This document shows, piece after piece, positions 17,382 to 26,663 of a stretch of DNA of 64,000 nucleotides. The stretch spans positions 33,710-97,709 of the forward strand of contig JAEUQU010000001.1 of the NCBI GenBank assembly GCA_016789455.1. The letters are read 5' to 3'. Both the position numbers and the translations under genes were made by a program. Position 1 is the first letter of the stretch, and every line of letters starts with the position of its first letter. Source of the DNA: Candidatus Saccharimonadota bacterium (GTDB lineage Bacteria > Patescibacteriota > Saccharimonadia > Saccharimonadales > Saccharimonadaceae). The notes under the pieces are model-generated. The model ran no database searches, was not told where the DNA came from, and worked only from the letters and a program-made list of their open reading frames with translations.

Positions 17382-17456
17382 GCGGGTGTGGTATAACGGT
17401 TATTATTCCAGTTTTCCAAACTGGCGAAGAGAGTTCGATTCTCTCCACCCGCACCA
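17382..17456 (+). tRNA. tRNA-Gly (anticodon UCC)
   Basis: Sequence GCGGGTGTGGTATAACGGTTATTATTCCAGTTTTCCAAACTGGCGAAGAGAGTTCGATTCTCTCCACCCGCACCA. The acceptor is GCGGGTG/CACCCGC, the anticodon stem CCAGT/ACTGG, the loop TTTCCAA and the T arm GAGAG/TTCGATT/CTCTC. CCA is encoded. Confidence 0.9.
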
Positions 17457-17515
17457 GGTTGTGGTTTTTTGTTTGCTGAAATTCCCAAGCATTAGCGGTT
17501 TCCGCCAAATTCCCC

Positions 17516-17521
17516 TATACT
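17516..17521 (+). promoter_or_regulatory. -10 box TATACT, 6 nt upstream of ATG 17528
   Basis: TATACT followed by GGCCTT and then ATG. No Shine-Dalgarno, which is consistent with a leaderless mRNA. Confidence 0.35.
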
Positions 17522-17527
17522 GGCCTT

Positions 17528-17995
17528 ATGCTTGAGTCCTGGCTCCAACCTTTTATCTACCTCTGGCAATGGGTCCTGCAGGAACAACCTTGGATGGTGG
17601 CTGCGCTCAGTTCACTGCTGGCGCTGGGCTTTGGGTTCCTGCTCATCGGCACCATTCGCCACCGCCGGATGTGGTGGGCCATCCATAAACAGAATAATCT
17701 TATCCGCAAACTGGCCTGGGAACTGTACCTGAAGCAGATGGTGATGATCGGGCATGTCGACATCGAGGAGCTGCTCTTTTTCTGCCACGATCACGACATC
17801 ACCGATGAAAGCCCGAGCGCCATCGAGCTGTTGCAGGCCGTTTATTATGATTCGACTGATATCATCGGCACGCACCTGCGGGCGGAGGATGCTCGTGTCA
17901 TCATTGAGGAGTATATTTTGCACCGTGAAGAGATTATGGCGTTGGCGTATAAGGATCCGCGGGCTCAGAACGACCAGCCCGCTCCACAGCAATAA
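17528..17995 (+). CDS. hypothetical membrane-anchored protein
   Basis: 155-aa ORF with TM segment WMVAALSSLLALGFGFLLIGTI and ordinary composition. The overlapping ORFs on both strands are shorter and low-complexity. Confidence 0.45.
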   Translation: MLESWLQPFIYLWQWVLQEQPWMVAALSSLLALGFGFLLIGTIRHRRMWWAIHKQNNLIRKLAWELYLKQMVMIGHVDIEELLFFCHDHDITDESPSAIELLQAVYYDSTDIIGTHLRAEDARVIIEEYILHREEIMALAYKDPRAQNDQPAPQQ

Positions 17996-18017
17996 GCCTT
18001 AGCCCAATAGTGCGGGC

Positions 18018-20492
18018 CTACTCGCCGCCCGCACCCGCGTCAGTCGTCGCCGGCAACGCCGGCTTGGCGCCGCTCTGCAACTCACCCTGCTGCTCCAAGC
18101 TCGCCACAATATCATCGCGAGTCAAGGTGATAGTCTGCCCCGCCATCACACTCCCGCTCAACATCTGCTTAGCCACCAGGTTCTCAACACTACGGCTGAC
18201 CATGCGCCGCATCGGACGGGCACCCAGCCGTGGGTCGTAGCCTTTTTCAACCAGCAGGCGGCGGGCGTCCTCGGACACTTCCACGGCGATCTTCTGCAGG
18301 GCCAGGTTCTTGTTGATCCCCTTGAGGATAAGGTCGATGACCTGCAGCAACTCCTCCTGGTTCAGCGGCCTAAACAGCACGATCTCATCAAAGCGGTTCA
18401 GGAACTCCGGCTTGAAGGCCTTCTGGTTGATAAGCTCATTGACGAACGTCGTCTCCACCTGCTCCATGGTGTAGCCGGCCTTGAGCGCATTACGGATCAT
18501 ATCGGCGCCGGCGTTACTGGTGGCAATGATGATGCTGTCGCGGAAGCTGACATCGCGGTTGTTGATGTCGCGCAGAATACCCTCGTCCAGCACCTGCAGC
18601 AAGGCGTTCAGCACGCTGGGGTGCGCCTTTTCAATCTCATCCAGCAACACTACAGAGAACGGCTGCTTGGAGACCTGGGCCGTCAGGCTGTGCGGGTCCT
18701 GGGCGGCATCGGCGATCAAGCGTGACACGTCACCCGGCTGCGAATACTCGTTCAGGTCCAGACGTACCAGCTTACTCTCGCCATTGAAATATACCTCAGA
18801 TAGCGCCTTGGACAATTCCGTCTTACCCACACCGGTCGGCCCCAGGAACAGGAAGGTGCCGATGGGCCGGTCCTGGTTACGCACACCGGCCCGGGCGCGG
18901 CGCAGGGCATCGCTCACCACCTTGACGGCGCGCGTCTGGTTGATCATGCGCTCGTGTATGAGGTTCTCCATGTTCAGTAGGCGGTCGCGCTCTTCATGCG
19001 TGTTGACGTTGCTGACCTTGATACCGGTGGTCTGCTCAATCGCCTTCTGTACGGAGACGGCCGAGACGATGCCGCCCTCGGCATAATGCGCGGCGCTCGT
19101 CAGCAGTTTCAGGGCCTTGCCCGGCATAGCCTGTTCATTGATGTAGCGCTCGCTCAAGCGGTACGATTCCGTCAACGCCTGGAACATATAGGTAATGCGG
19201 TTGTGATACTCAATGGGAATCAGCTGATCCTGCAATACCCGCATCGTCTCCTCGCGCGTCGGCGACTCGATGACGATGCGGTTCAGCGCGGTTGCCAAGG
19301 CCGGCGTCCGCTGGCCGATCTGCAGCCAGCGGTGCTCGTCCATGGTAAGGATGACGCGCACCGCCCCGCCCTCCAGCACTGGCAGGAGCACGTTGCTGAT
19401 ATCTACGGAACCGGTACCTTCTTCAAAGAACAGCTGCGCATTATCCAGGCAGAGGATAACGTTCTTGGCGCGGAAGGCCTCTACCAAGATTTCATGCACT
19501 AATTGTTCCAGCTCACCCCGGCCCGGCGCGTGCGAGATAAGCGCGCTGGCGTCCAGGCTGATGACCTGGCGGTAGCGCAACGAAGCCGGCAGGTTATGAC
19601 TACCCGCCTCCAGCAGGTGCGCCGCAAAAGCCTCAACGATGGTAGTCTTACCTACGCCGAGCGGCCCCACCAGCGCCGCGTTCTGCCGTCCGCTGTGCGT
19701 GAACAGCTGGACGATCTGCGCCCGGGCCGCATCGTGGCTTTCCAAATCGACGTTCAGCAGTGCGCCGTGCGCAATCTGCTCACTGATATTCGTCCCAAAA
19801 CGGCTGAGCAGCGGCGTGTAGCCAAACGACCAGTCCCGCGCAATGCCCCCGGTCCGCTTGGGCCGGTTATGGTAGGCAATCAGGTCCTGGATATGACGGT
19901 GCCAGTGCATGCCCGCCTCAATGTCATCCAGATCCAACTGCAGCTGCGCCAACACCGTCTCGACATTGGGGATGGAGCGCACCAGCGCCACCACCAGCTC
20001 GGAGCCAAGCACCGGACCAGGCCGCGAACCGTGCAGGCTCAAGGCTACGCGCCAGACATCACCCGTATCCGCCGGGTTACTGCTAGTCAGCGAGGCCAAA
20101 AAGTTAGGACCGATACCAAAGCGGCCGGCAAAGAACAGCCCACCGCTGGTCTGCATCACCGCCTCCGCCAGGCGTGAGGGCGACGGCTCGGCGTCCAGCT
20201 TGCCCAGGATACGGCTATCCAGTAAATCTGCCAGGGTCTGTCCGCTGCCGGTAGAAATATCAGTCAAGCCGCGCTGCAGCCACAGGATCATCATGATAAA
20301 GGGACTGGCCAGGCTCGCCAGGAACCAACCGATGTTGACGCCCATCAGCCCCAGGATGACCCCGCCCAGTAGCAGGGTCACCGAAATCAGCACTAACAGC
20401 GCCTTGGTCAGCGGAATATTGAAACGGTTGGCAAACCGCGCCTGCTGCCAGCGCGGATGCGCCAACATGCCTACCTGGGTTATGCCCGCCAT
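18018..20492 (-). CDS. membrane-anchored double-AAA+ Clp/Hsp100-family ATPase (ClpA/B/C-like)
   Basis: 824-aa ORF with two N-terminal TM helices (ALLVLISVTLLLGGVILGLMGV, WFLASLASPFIMMILWL). D1 Walker A is GPLGVGKTTIVEAFA, and the D1 Walker B position reads VILCLDNAQ (DN rather than DE). D2 Walker A is GPTGVGKTELSKAL, D2 Walker B is VVLLDEIEKAH, and the sensor region is GARPMRR. I saw no IGF/IGL ClpP-docking loop after the IIATSNAG segment. Confidence 0.8.
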   Translation of the reverse strand: MAGITQVGMLAHPRWQQARFANRFNIPLTKALLVLISVTLLLGGVILGLMGVNIGWFLASLASPFIMMILWLQRGLTDISTGSGQTLADLLDSRILGKLDAEPSPSRLAEAVMQTSGGLFFAGRFGIGPNFLASLTSSNPADTGDVWRVALSLHGSRPGPVLGSELVVALVRSIPNVETVLAQLQLDLDDIEAGMHWHRHIQDLIAYHNRPKRTGGIARDWSFGYTPLLSRFGTNISEQIAHGALLNVDLESHDAARAQIVQLFTHSGRQNAALVGPLGVGKTTIVEAFAAHLLEAGSHNLPASLRYRQVISLDASALISHAPGRGELEQLVHEILVEAFRAKNVILCLDNAQLFFEEGTGSVDISNVLLPVLEGGAVRVILTMDEHRWLQIGQRTPALATALNRIVIESPTREETMRVLQDQLIPIEYHNRITYMFQALTESYRLSERYINEQAMPGKALKLLTSAAHYAEGGIVSAVSVQKAIEQTTGIKVSNVNTHEERDRLLNMENLIHERMINQTRAVKVVSDALRRARAGVRNQDRPIGTFLFLGPTGVGKTELSKALSEVYFNGESKLVRLDLNEYSQPGDVSRLIADAAQDPHSLTAQVSKQPFSVVLLDEIEKAHPSVLNALLQVLDEGILRDINNRDVSFRDSIIIATSNAGADMIRNALKAGYTMEQVETTFVNELINQKAFKPEFLNRFDEIVLFRPLNQEELLQVIDLILKGINKNLALQKIAVEVSEDARRLLVEKGYDPRLGARPMRRMVSRSVENLVAKQMLSGSVMAGQTITLTRDDIVASLEQQGELQSGAKPALPATTDAGAGGE

Positions 20493-20857
20493 ACGATGCT
20501 CGCAATCAGGCCGATAATCGGCATCAGGGGCAATACTACCCAGCCGACAATTAATCCCAGGCCGGCCACAGCCGCCACCGCCAGGGTTATCAGGCCAGAG
20601 AACATAGTAATGGTACGGATGACCGCCCCCACCAGGCGCGACACCAGCTTATCCAGCCAGGCCCGCCAGCGCACGCCCAGCGGCCCGCTGACATTGGTGG
20701 CAGAGATCTGCTTGAACGGCGCAAACAGCGTCCGCATCAGCAGGACGATAGAAAAATAATCGGACGTAGCGCTAAGCATCCGTGCCACCCGGCCGATCTG
20801 CCCATAGAGGCCTTCGCTGTACCACCAGCGAACCATGCTTATGAGAATCATAAGCAT
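20480..20857 (-). CDS. small integral membrane protein, translationally coupled to the Clp-like ATPase
   Basis: 125-aa ORF whose C-terminal half is strongly hydrophobic (LITLAVAAVAGLGLIVGWVVLPLMPIIGLIASIVW). Its 3' end overlaps the ATPase start by 13 nt. Confidence 0.5.
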   Translation of the reverse strand: MLMILISMVRWWYSEGLYGQIGRVARMLSATSDYFSIVLLMRTLFAPFKQISATNVSGPLGVRWRAWLDKLVSRLVGAVIRTITMFSGLITLAVAAVAGLGLIVGWVVLPLMPIIGLIASIVWRA

Positions 20858-20903
20858 ATTGTATCATCTACATGCCTTTTGGTGTCGCCCTACCAGATAT
20901 ATT

Positions 20904-20912
20904 TGCTATACT
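20904..20912 (+). promoter_or_regulatory. extended -10 box TGCTATACT, 11 nt upstream of the murT ATG
   Basis: Exact copy of the recurrent 9-mer. It lies downstream of the TTG at 20879, which argues for the ATG at 20924 as the true start. Confidence 0.45.
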
Positions 20913-20923
20913 TACAGGCGGAT

Positions 20924-22228
20924 ATGCCTCGTAAACACACTATAGCGGCCGGAAAACTCTTCCGCCGGATCGCGCGGTTGCGCGGCGGCGGCTCTGCCCT
21001 CCCCGGCCTGCTGATTGAAAAACTGGAACCTGCCTTCCTCTCTGAAGCCCTCGGACAACTCCCCGAGGGTGTCATTTTAGTATCCGGCACCAACGGCAAG
21101 ACGACCACGACCAAGATGATCACCGAACTGCTGGAGGCTTCCGGGCTACGCGTCTTCACCAACCGTACCGGCAGCAACTTCACACGCGGCGTGGTGTCGG
21201 CCTTGATTGAGGCCGTCAACAAGGATGGCACATTGCCGTACGACATCGCGGTGCTGGAGCTGGATGAGGCGCACGCCGTCAAATTCGCAGCCCAGGCCAA
21301 GCCACGCATCAGCGTTTTCTTAAATGTGTTGCGCGACCAGCTGGATCGCTTCGGCGAAATTGATTACACCGCGCGCCTCCTGGGCGACGTCGCCGCCGAA
21401 ACGACCGAAATGGTGATATTAAATTATGATGATCCTTTAATTAAACGGCTGGCCAAGAACGTACAGCCCGGCGTCAAAACCGTCTTCTTTGGCGCGCATG
21501 ACAACCTCCACCACCTCTTTTTGAGCGACGAGATGCTGGGCGCCGTCAACGCTGGCAAACCGAAAGCCGCCGCCAAGAAAAGCACCACAGCCAATCAGGA
21601 CACCGATGTCGAACTCTGCGCCTTCAAAGATCAGCTGGTCGGCTTCCGCGTCGGTAGCAAAGTGTATAAATCTGAGCTGAAGGTCAGTGGTTTTTATAAT
21701 TATCTGAATGCCGCCGCGGCGATAAGCACCGTACGGCAGGTCAAGCCGCGCGTCGGCGTGGAAACCTGGCTCAAAGCACTGACCAAGGTAGAACCGGCCT
21801 TTGGGCGCGGCGAGCGGGTGATGCACCACGGCAAGCCACTGGAGTTTGTGCTGGTGAAGAACCCGGCCGGTTTCCGCCTGGCCCTGGCCTCGGCCGGCAC
21901 CGCCGCCTCTACCGAAGCCACCATGATCGCCATCAATGACAATTTTGCTGATGGCCGCGACATGTCCTGGCTCTGGGACGTTGACTTTAGCAGCCTCAAG
22001 GACCACGGCGTGGCTATGATTAGCGGTGTGCGTGCCTACGACATGGCCCTGCGCCTGCAGTATGATGCCGTCACCGTCGGCGACATTGAACCCGACACCG
22101 CCAAAGCGTTTAAAGCAATGCTGAGCAAGCACGGCGGCAAACCGATGCGTATTTATTGTACGTACACCGCCATGCTGAAGCTGCGCCGCCAGGCCGAGAA
22201 GGAGCTGCGTATGGAGAAAGCATTATGA
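20924..22228 (+). CDS. murT: lipid II isoglutaminyl synthase, Mur-ligase-type subunit MurT
   Basis: Mur ligase P-loop VSGTNGKTTTTKMITELL. The C-terminal segment VLVKNPAGFRLAL is typical of the MurT DUF1727 region. It has a 4-nt ATGA overlap with the gatD-like gene. Confidence 0.8.
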   Translation: MPRKHTIAAGKLFRRIARLRGGGSALPGLLIEKLEPAFLSEALGQLPEGVILVSGTNGKTTTTKMITELLEASGLRVFTNRTGSNFTRGVVSALIEAVNKDGTLPYDIAVLELDEAHAVKFAAQAKPRISVFLNVLRDQLDRFGEIDYTARLLGDVAAETTEMVILNYDDPLIKRLAKNVQPGVKTVFFGAHDNLHHLFLSDEMLGAVNAGKPKAAAKKSTTANQDTDVELCAFKDQLVGFRVGSKVYKSELKVSGFYNYLNAAAAISTVRQVKPRVGVETWLKALTKVEPAFGRGERVMHHGKPLEFVLVKNPAGFRLALASAGTAASTEATMIAINDNFADGRDMSWLWDVDFSSLKDHGVAMISGVRAYDMALRLQYDAVTVGDIEPDTAKAFKAMLSKHGGKPMRIYCTYTAMLKLRRQAEKELRMEKAL

Positions 22229-22944
22229 GTAAGGGCACCATCCATATTCTGTGTCTCTACCCCAACGAGATGAATATCTACGGCGACTGGGGTAATGTGC
22301 TGACGGTAGCCCGCCGGCTGATGTGGCACGGCTACACACCCAAGATCACCCAGTTGCACCCCGGCAAGAACGTTCCCAAAAACGTCAATATTGTGATTGG
22401 CGGCGGCGGGCAGGACTCCGGGCAGATGCTGGTGGAGGCCGATCTGCAGCGCCACGCCAAGACGCTTCAGGCCCTGGCGGATGATAACGTTCCAATGCTG
22501 GTCGTCTGCGGCCTCTACCAGCTCTTTGGCCGCTTCTTCAAAACCGCCACTGATGAGAAGCTGCGCGGCATCGGCATCTTCAACGCCGAGACACACGCCA
22601 GCAACAAGCGCATGATCGGCAACATCGTCGTCAACACGCAGTTCGGCGAGATCGTCGGCTACGAGAACCATAGCGGCATGACCATGCTCGATAGCGGCCA
22701 GGCCAGCTTTGGCGGCGTCAGCAAGGGCGCTGGCAATAACGGCACCGATAAGACCGAGGGTGCGGTGTATAACAATGTGTATGGGACGTATATGCATGGG
22801 TCGCTATTGCCCAAGAACCCGAATTTTGCCGATGAGCTGATTAAGAAGGCGGTGGAGCATGCCGGGCTGGAGTTTGACCCTAACGTAATAGATGATTTGT
22901 TTGCGGATAAGGCGCGGGCGATTGCCAAGCGGCGGCCACGGTAG
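22225..22944 (+). CDS. gatD: lipid II isoglutaminyl synthase, glutamine amidotransferase subunit GatD (CobQ-type GATase)
   Basis: Start at ATG 22225 (MSKGTIHILCLYPNEMNIYGDWGN). The nucleophile context is VVCGLYQLFG and the His region is GYENHSG. It is paired with murT. Confidence 0.8.
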   Translation: MSKGTIHILCLYPNEMNIYGDWGNVLTVARRLMWHGYTPKITQLHPGKNVPKNVNIVIGGGGQDSGQMLVEADLQRHAKTLQALADDNVPMLVVCGLYQLFGRFFKTATDEKLRGIGIFNAETHASNKRMIGNIVVNTQFGEIVGYENHSGMTMLDSGQASFGGVSKGAGNNGTDKTEGAVYNNVYGTYMHGSLLPKNPNFADELIKKAVEHAGLEFDPNVIDDLFADKARAIAKRRPR

Positions 22945-23009
22945 TCTTTTCGTCATCCGTATAGCACATTTTATCTAAAATGTCAAGGGGTGCAGCTTAC
23001 ACCGTTTAT

Positions 23010-23017
23010 TGTATAAT
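23010..23017 (+). promoter_or_regulatory. extended -10 box TGTATAAT, 21 nt upstream of tRNA-Pro(CGG)
   Basis: TGTATAAT at 23010-23017. Confidence 0.4.
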
Positions 23018-23038
23018 GTCCTAGAAGATACCACCTAT

Positions 23039-23114
23039 CGGGGTGTGGCGCAGTTGGTAGCGCGCGGCGTTCGGGACGCCGAGGTCGTCCGTTCGAGTCG
23101 GATCACCCCGACCA
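23039..23114 (+). tRNA. tRNA-Pro (anticodon CGG)
   Basis: Sequence CGGGGTGTGGCGCAGTTGGTAGCGCGCGGCGTTCGGGACGCCGAGGTCGTCCGTTCGAGTCGGATCACCCCGACCA. The anticodon stem CGGCG/CGCCG is perfect, the loop is TTCGGGA, C1-G72 is present and CCA is encoded. Confidence 0.9.
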
Positions 23115-23207
23115 TGTCTTAGTTTTAGCCCTTTAGCGGCTATTTTTTAGTTATGGCAATGTGATAGTGTTAAAGCATAAGTTATAATTATTTTAAGGAA
23201 TAAACAC

Positions 23208-25811
23208 TTGAAAAACTTAATTCGCACAATACCCGTTTTATTGCTACTGACGCTTTTCTCATCACTCGTCCTCGCAGGACTCAGTAGCCGCCCGGCAGGT
23301 GCATCCGCCACTCATATTCCTTTAAACGTCACCTCGGCACAGTACATCCCAAATAGAATATCCGCCCACAGAGACGGGAGTGTTACGGGCTCATCCTGCA
23401 GCCCATCATCGTATCCTTGGACTTATCTCAAAACTTATGCATCAAACAATCAGATTGTCACAGGTCTTGAAAAGGCCAACACTAGCGATTGGATGGGAGC
23501 CAATTGTAATGACCAAGGCATAGCCACCGGCCACGACAATACAGTTTACATGTACGAAAACCGTTATCTCAATAGCAGCACGGAGCGTCGACTTGCGGCC
23601 TATAAAGATGATGTATTACTTTGGGCGAAATCATTTGTTGGCTGCAACAATAGTAACTCAAACGACTTATCGCAAGCCGAGTTGTACTATCCAACACTTG
23701 GCTTTGACAATACGCTCTATGTCTTTGGCTTCGCGCAGTCAGACTGTACGGACTCCAATAAAAATAATGCACTCTACGCTCTTGATCTTGCCAATGGCGA
23801 TATCGTGTCTCAAGCTCAAGTTTATGCCAAATCGCCAATAAATAGTTCCGACTCAAGTTTAATAGTACCGATGGAAGATGGCGTTGCATTTCTCGACCAT
23901 GAGATAATTTACACTAACGGACAACCCACCACCGATAGAAAATTTATGCGTTATTATGGCTGGCAGGATGGATTGCTTGTCGAAAATACTAATCGAGCCT
24001 ACGACATATCGAATGTAAGCTACAGCGCCAGGCAGTATGTATCACAGCTTGCGGGCGACCCTGAAGGCAATATATATGTACAGATGTATCCTGATTCCCA
24101 GCCTTACAACAACTGCACAGGGAGTACTGAAATTGTTAGGCTTGACCAAAGCCAGAGCAGCCCAGCCCTATCAAGAGTTCCTCTAGACGACTGTAACTTT
24201 ATGTCTACACGTATGGCCATCACGCCCGATAGAGGTGTCGTAGTGCTAGGCGGGGACGGGAGTGGAGCCGGTGCATATGATGATAGGATGATAAAATTTT
24301 CTTCAAGCGGTTCTATTGTTTATGATAAAAACCTCAATAATCTATCGGGTGACGGATTTAACAACCCATTTATCAATAGCTTCCCTGTAGTAGATGCCAA
24401 CGGCACAGTTATTGTCGTATCGGCTGCAGATTCCGCAACTGCATGGCCCATGGATCGCTATCTTATCGTAAGGACATTTGATAATTCTAGTGGTAATCAA
24501 ACCATTATATATAAATCTTCGGACGACCAAATTCTTGATCCAAACGCCCAGGATAAGTTTGCCACCATATCTTACATCGATGTTCAGGATGGCACTGTAT
24601 ACTTTTTGACATGCAAGTCTGATTACGCATATTACTGCAGTGGCACACAAAGCGTTTCGTTATCAAAAGTAAATGACTCTAGTCTTGATGATGCGTACCC
24701 ACGCTCAGAGCTGACAAACTCATCAGATTTTGACGGTGATGGCGTCTCCGTTAACGGCGAAGCTTCTCAGGGTACAAGTGAACACAGAATCGATTCCGAT
24801 AATGACGGGTTGAATGACTTGGTTGAATCAGTATACTATACTCAACGAACTGCGGCCTTTTGCAAAGTCGTCAATAGCACTCCTGCGAACTGTGCCTACC
24901 CCGATCCCATAAAGAAGGATATTTTTATCGAAATAGACTGGCTTTATGATAGCGAGGAGGGTCGATCAACACTCCCCAGCCCCAATCAGCTTTCAAAGAT
25001 TGGAGAAGCCTTTGCTGCCAAAGATATAAAGGTGCATTTTGATATTGGCGACTATACAGGAAATGAAGATGATGAGGTTAGTAGCTCAGTCCAAATTGGA
25101 GACTTTGGCGGCGGGAACGAAGTGCCCTACAGAGCACTGATTCAGTTTGATTCAAGTGAAGATGGCGCTCTCGCCAATGTGCCTGACTTGATCGACTACA
25201 AAAAAGGCAATGAAGATGTTTACAATATTACTTCACAGTTCAACTATGGCAACAGAGGAAACATTTGGCGCTACTTTCTCTCTGCAAAAGTAGTGAACAT
25301 TCCAAGCAACGCCAATGATGATCCTGTGCACGGCAAAGCTGTAGTCGGTAATGACGAAGCTATAATTGCATACGATATGGTAGAAGCAAACACATTAGAC
25401 TCTGCAGATTTTAATAGAATTTTACCTAAAGTCTTTGCGCATGAGCTAGGACACCAGCTATGCCTATCAGGCTTATCGGGCACTTCAAGCAATACATTCT
25501 ACTCTGAACAAATTGAGACATGTGCCTTTGCGGGAGTTGACAGTGATAGTGCTTCAACAAATTATAAAAGTATTATGAACTACGATATTTTAGAAGATAA
25601 TATTTATGAAACTGTCAACGATCCGTTCCCTCATACGGATAGGTTACTCTACCCCTTGCCTGCGTATAGCTTTTCTGAGGGAAATAATGGAAGTGGAGAC
25701 CATGATGATTGGAACAGTGTATTAAATAGCGTAGGGGATTTTGCAAAGGACAAAGACTACTATTATCTCTTACCTCCCATTAACACACCGTGCCGCATGG
25801 AATGTAATTAG
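23208..25811 (+). CDS. large secreted protein with a C-terminal HEXXH zinc-metalloprotease-like domain
   Basis: 867-aa ORF with a TTG start and signal peptide MKNLIRTIPVLLLLTLFSSLVLAGLSSRPAGASA. An Asp-rich Ca-binding-like stretch DFDGDGVSVNGE...DSDNDGLNDLVE is present. VFAHELGHQLCL provides the HEXXH, and KSIMNYD further downstream resembles a metzincin Met-turn. Confidence 0.7.
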   Translation: MKNLIRTIPVLLLLTLFSSLVLAGLSSRPAGASATHIPLNVTSAQYIPNRISAHRDGSVTGSSCSPSSYPWTYLKTYASNNQIVTGLEKANTSDWMGANCNDQGIATGHDNTVYMYENRYLNSSTERRLAAYKDDVLLWAKSFVGCNNSNSNDLSQAELYYPTLGFDNTLYVFGFAQSDCTDSNKNNALYALDLANGDIVSQAQVYAKSPINSSDSSLIVPMEDGVAFLDHEIIYTNGQPTTDRKFMRYYGWQDGLLVENTNRAYDISNVSYSARQYVSQLAGDPEGNIYVQMYPDSQPYNNCTGSTEIVRLDQSQSSPALSRVPLDDCNFMSTRMAITPDRGVVVLGGDGSGAGAYDDRMIKFSSSGSIVYDKNLNNLSGDGFNNPFINSFPVVDANGTVIVVSAADSATAWPMDRYLIVRTFDNSSGNQTIIYKSSDDQILDPNAQDKFATISYIDVQDGTVYFLTCKSDYAYYCSGTQSVSLSKVNDSSLDDAYPRSELTNSSDFDGDGVSVNGEASQGTSEHRIDSDNDGLNDLVESVYYTQRTAAFCKVVNSTPANCAYPDPIKKDIFIEIDWLYDSEEGRSTLPSPNQLSKIGEAFAAKDIKVHFDIGDYTGNEDDEVSSSVQIGDFGGGNEVPYRALIQFDSSEDGALANVPDLIDYKKGNEDVYNITSQFNYGNRGNIWRYFLSAKVVNIPSNANDDPVHGKAVVGNDEAIIAYDMVEANTLDSADFNRILPKVFAHELGHQLCLSGLSGTSSNTFYSEQIETCAFAGVDSDSASTNYKSIMNYDILEDNIYETVNDPFPHTDRLLYPLPAYSFSEGNNGSGDHDDWNSVLNSVGDFAKDKDYYYLLPPINTPCRMECN

Positions 25812-25831
25812 TAATACGGATGCAATAGATT

Positions 25832-26539
25832 ATGATTAGAAAAAGAACCATAGTTTTAGCAAGCTTCGCGCTGGTGATATGCTTAGTAATAGCCGCTATT
25901 TTAGTAAACCGCACAGGCACCAAGGACATGGAGCGACCAATTGATAATTCAAGCGCCGACACTAAAAATCCCAGTGATAACAAAGCGAATAATAAAAATG
26001 TAGAAGAAGTAGATAAGCTTCAAAGCGTTGTGCCAGAGCCACTGCCCGCTAGCTGGACCGAGGTTGCCCCCGAAAGCATGGCCATAAAAATTGCCTATCC
26101 ATCAGAATGGAGCTTTAATGGGGGTCAGCCTCGGCCCTCGACTGACGGCAAAGCTGAAACCCAAACACTATATGTATCTTATCTAGGCTCAGACTCCCAG
26201 CTAATTGACCGCCCTTGTAGGTTGACTGTTCAGACTCAGTCATTCGCGGAAGTTATTAAAATAACAGAGAGTCAGGATACTGACGATGATGGAGTAATCA
26301 CCGATACTCCATACAAGCTTTGGACGGATGTAGTAGAGAAGGATTACTTTACTTATGATGACCGCCAGGCGGTACGCTACCTCTTTGCAAATCGTGTATC
26401 AACGAGCGATGATAAGAAATATAAGATCTTTTACCTAGTAGAAGGCAACTCTAAAACTTACTCTTTGGTCTGTAGTGTGCGAGATGGATTAAACGAAAAA
26501 GAAATTGACAGTTTGTTTAAGCAAATTCACTTGCAGTAA
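25832..26539 (+). CDS. N-anchored hypothetical protein (paralog pair, copy E)
   Basis: 235-aa ORF with TM segment IVLASFALVICLVIAAILV. The segments PASWTEVAPESMAIKIAYPSEWSF, RPCRLTVQTQSFAEVIK and YSLVCSV align with PAGWTDYSNGALKTSLSHPTNWMT, ERCVLEIKNVSFAVSVK and YELSCPI of the next ORF. Confidence 0.55.
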   Translation: MIRKRTIVLASFALVICLVIAAILVNRTGTKDMERPIDNSSADTKNPSDNKANNKNVEEVDKLQSVVPEPLPASWTEVAPESMAIKIAYPSEWSFNGGQPRPSTDGKAETQTLYVSYLGSDSQLIDRPCRLTVQTQSFAEVIKITESQDTDDDGVITDTPYKLWTDVVEKDYFTYDDRQAVRYLFANRVSTSDDKKYKIFYLVEGNSKTYSLVCSVRDGLNEKEIDSLFKQIHLQ

Positions 26540-26663
26540 TTGCGTACATTTACAGAAAACAACATAACTCACAACGATCGGGCTGGCGTCATGAGTGGGA
26601 TTGGCGATTTTTCTAAACATAGAGAGTATTCTCCTGTTACGGGAATGTGCATGAAAGTTTGTT

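Noticed and set aside
20879-20923. TTG start extending murT by 15 codons
   Set aside because: The recurrent promoter box TGCTATACT lies inside this extension (20904-20912). The ATG at 20924 gives a typical MurT N-terminus.
22156-22224. Upstream extension of the gatD ORF
   Set aside because: The extension lies entirely within murT coding sequence. The ATGA overlap at 22225-22228 gives the conserved GatD N-terminus.
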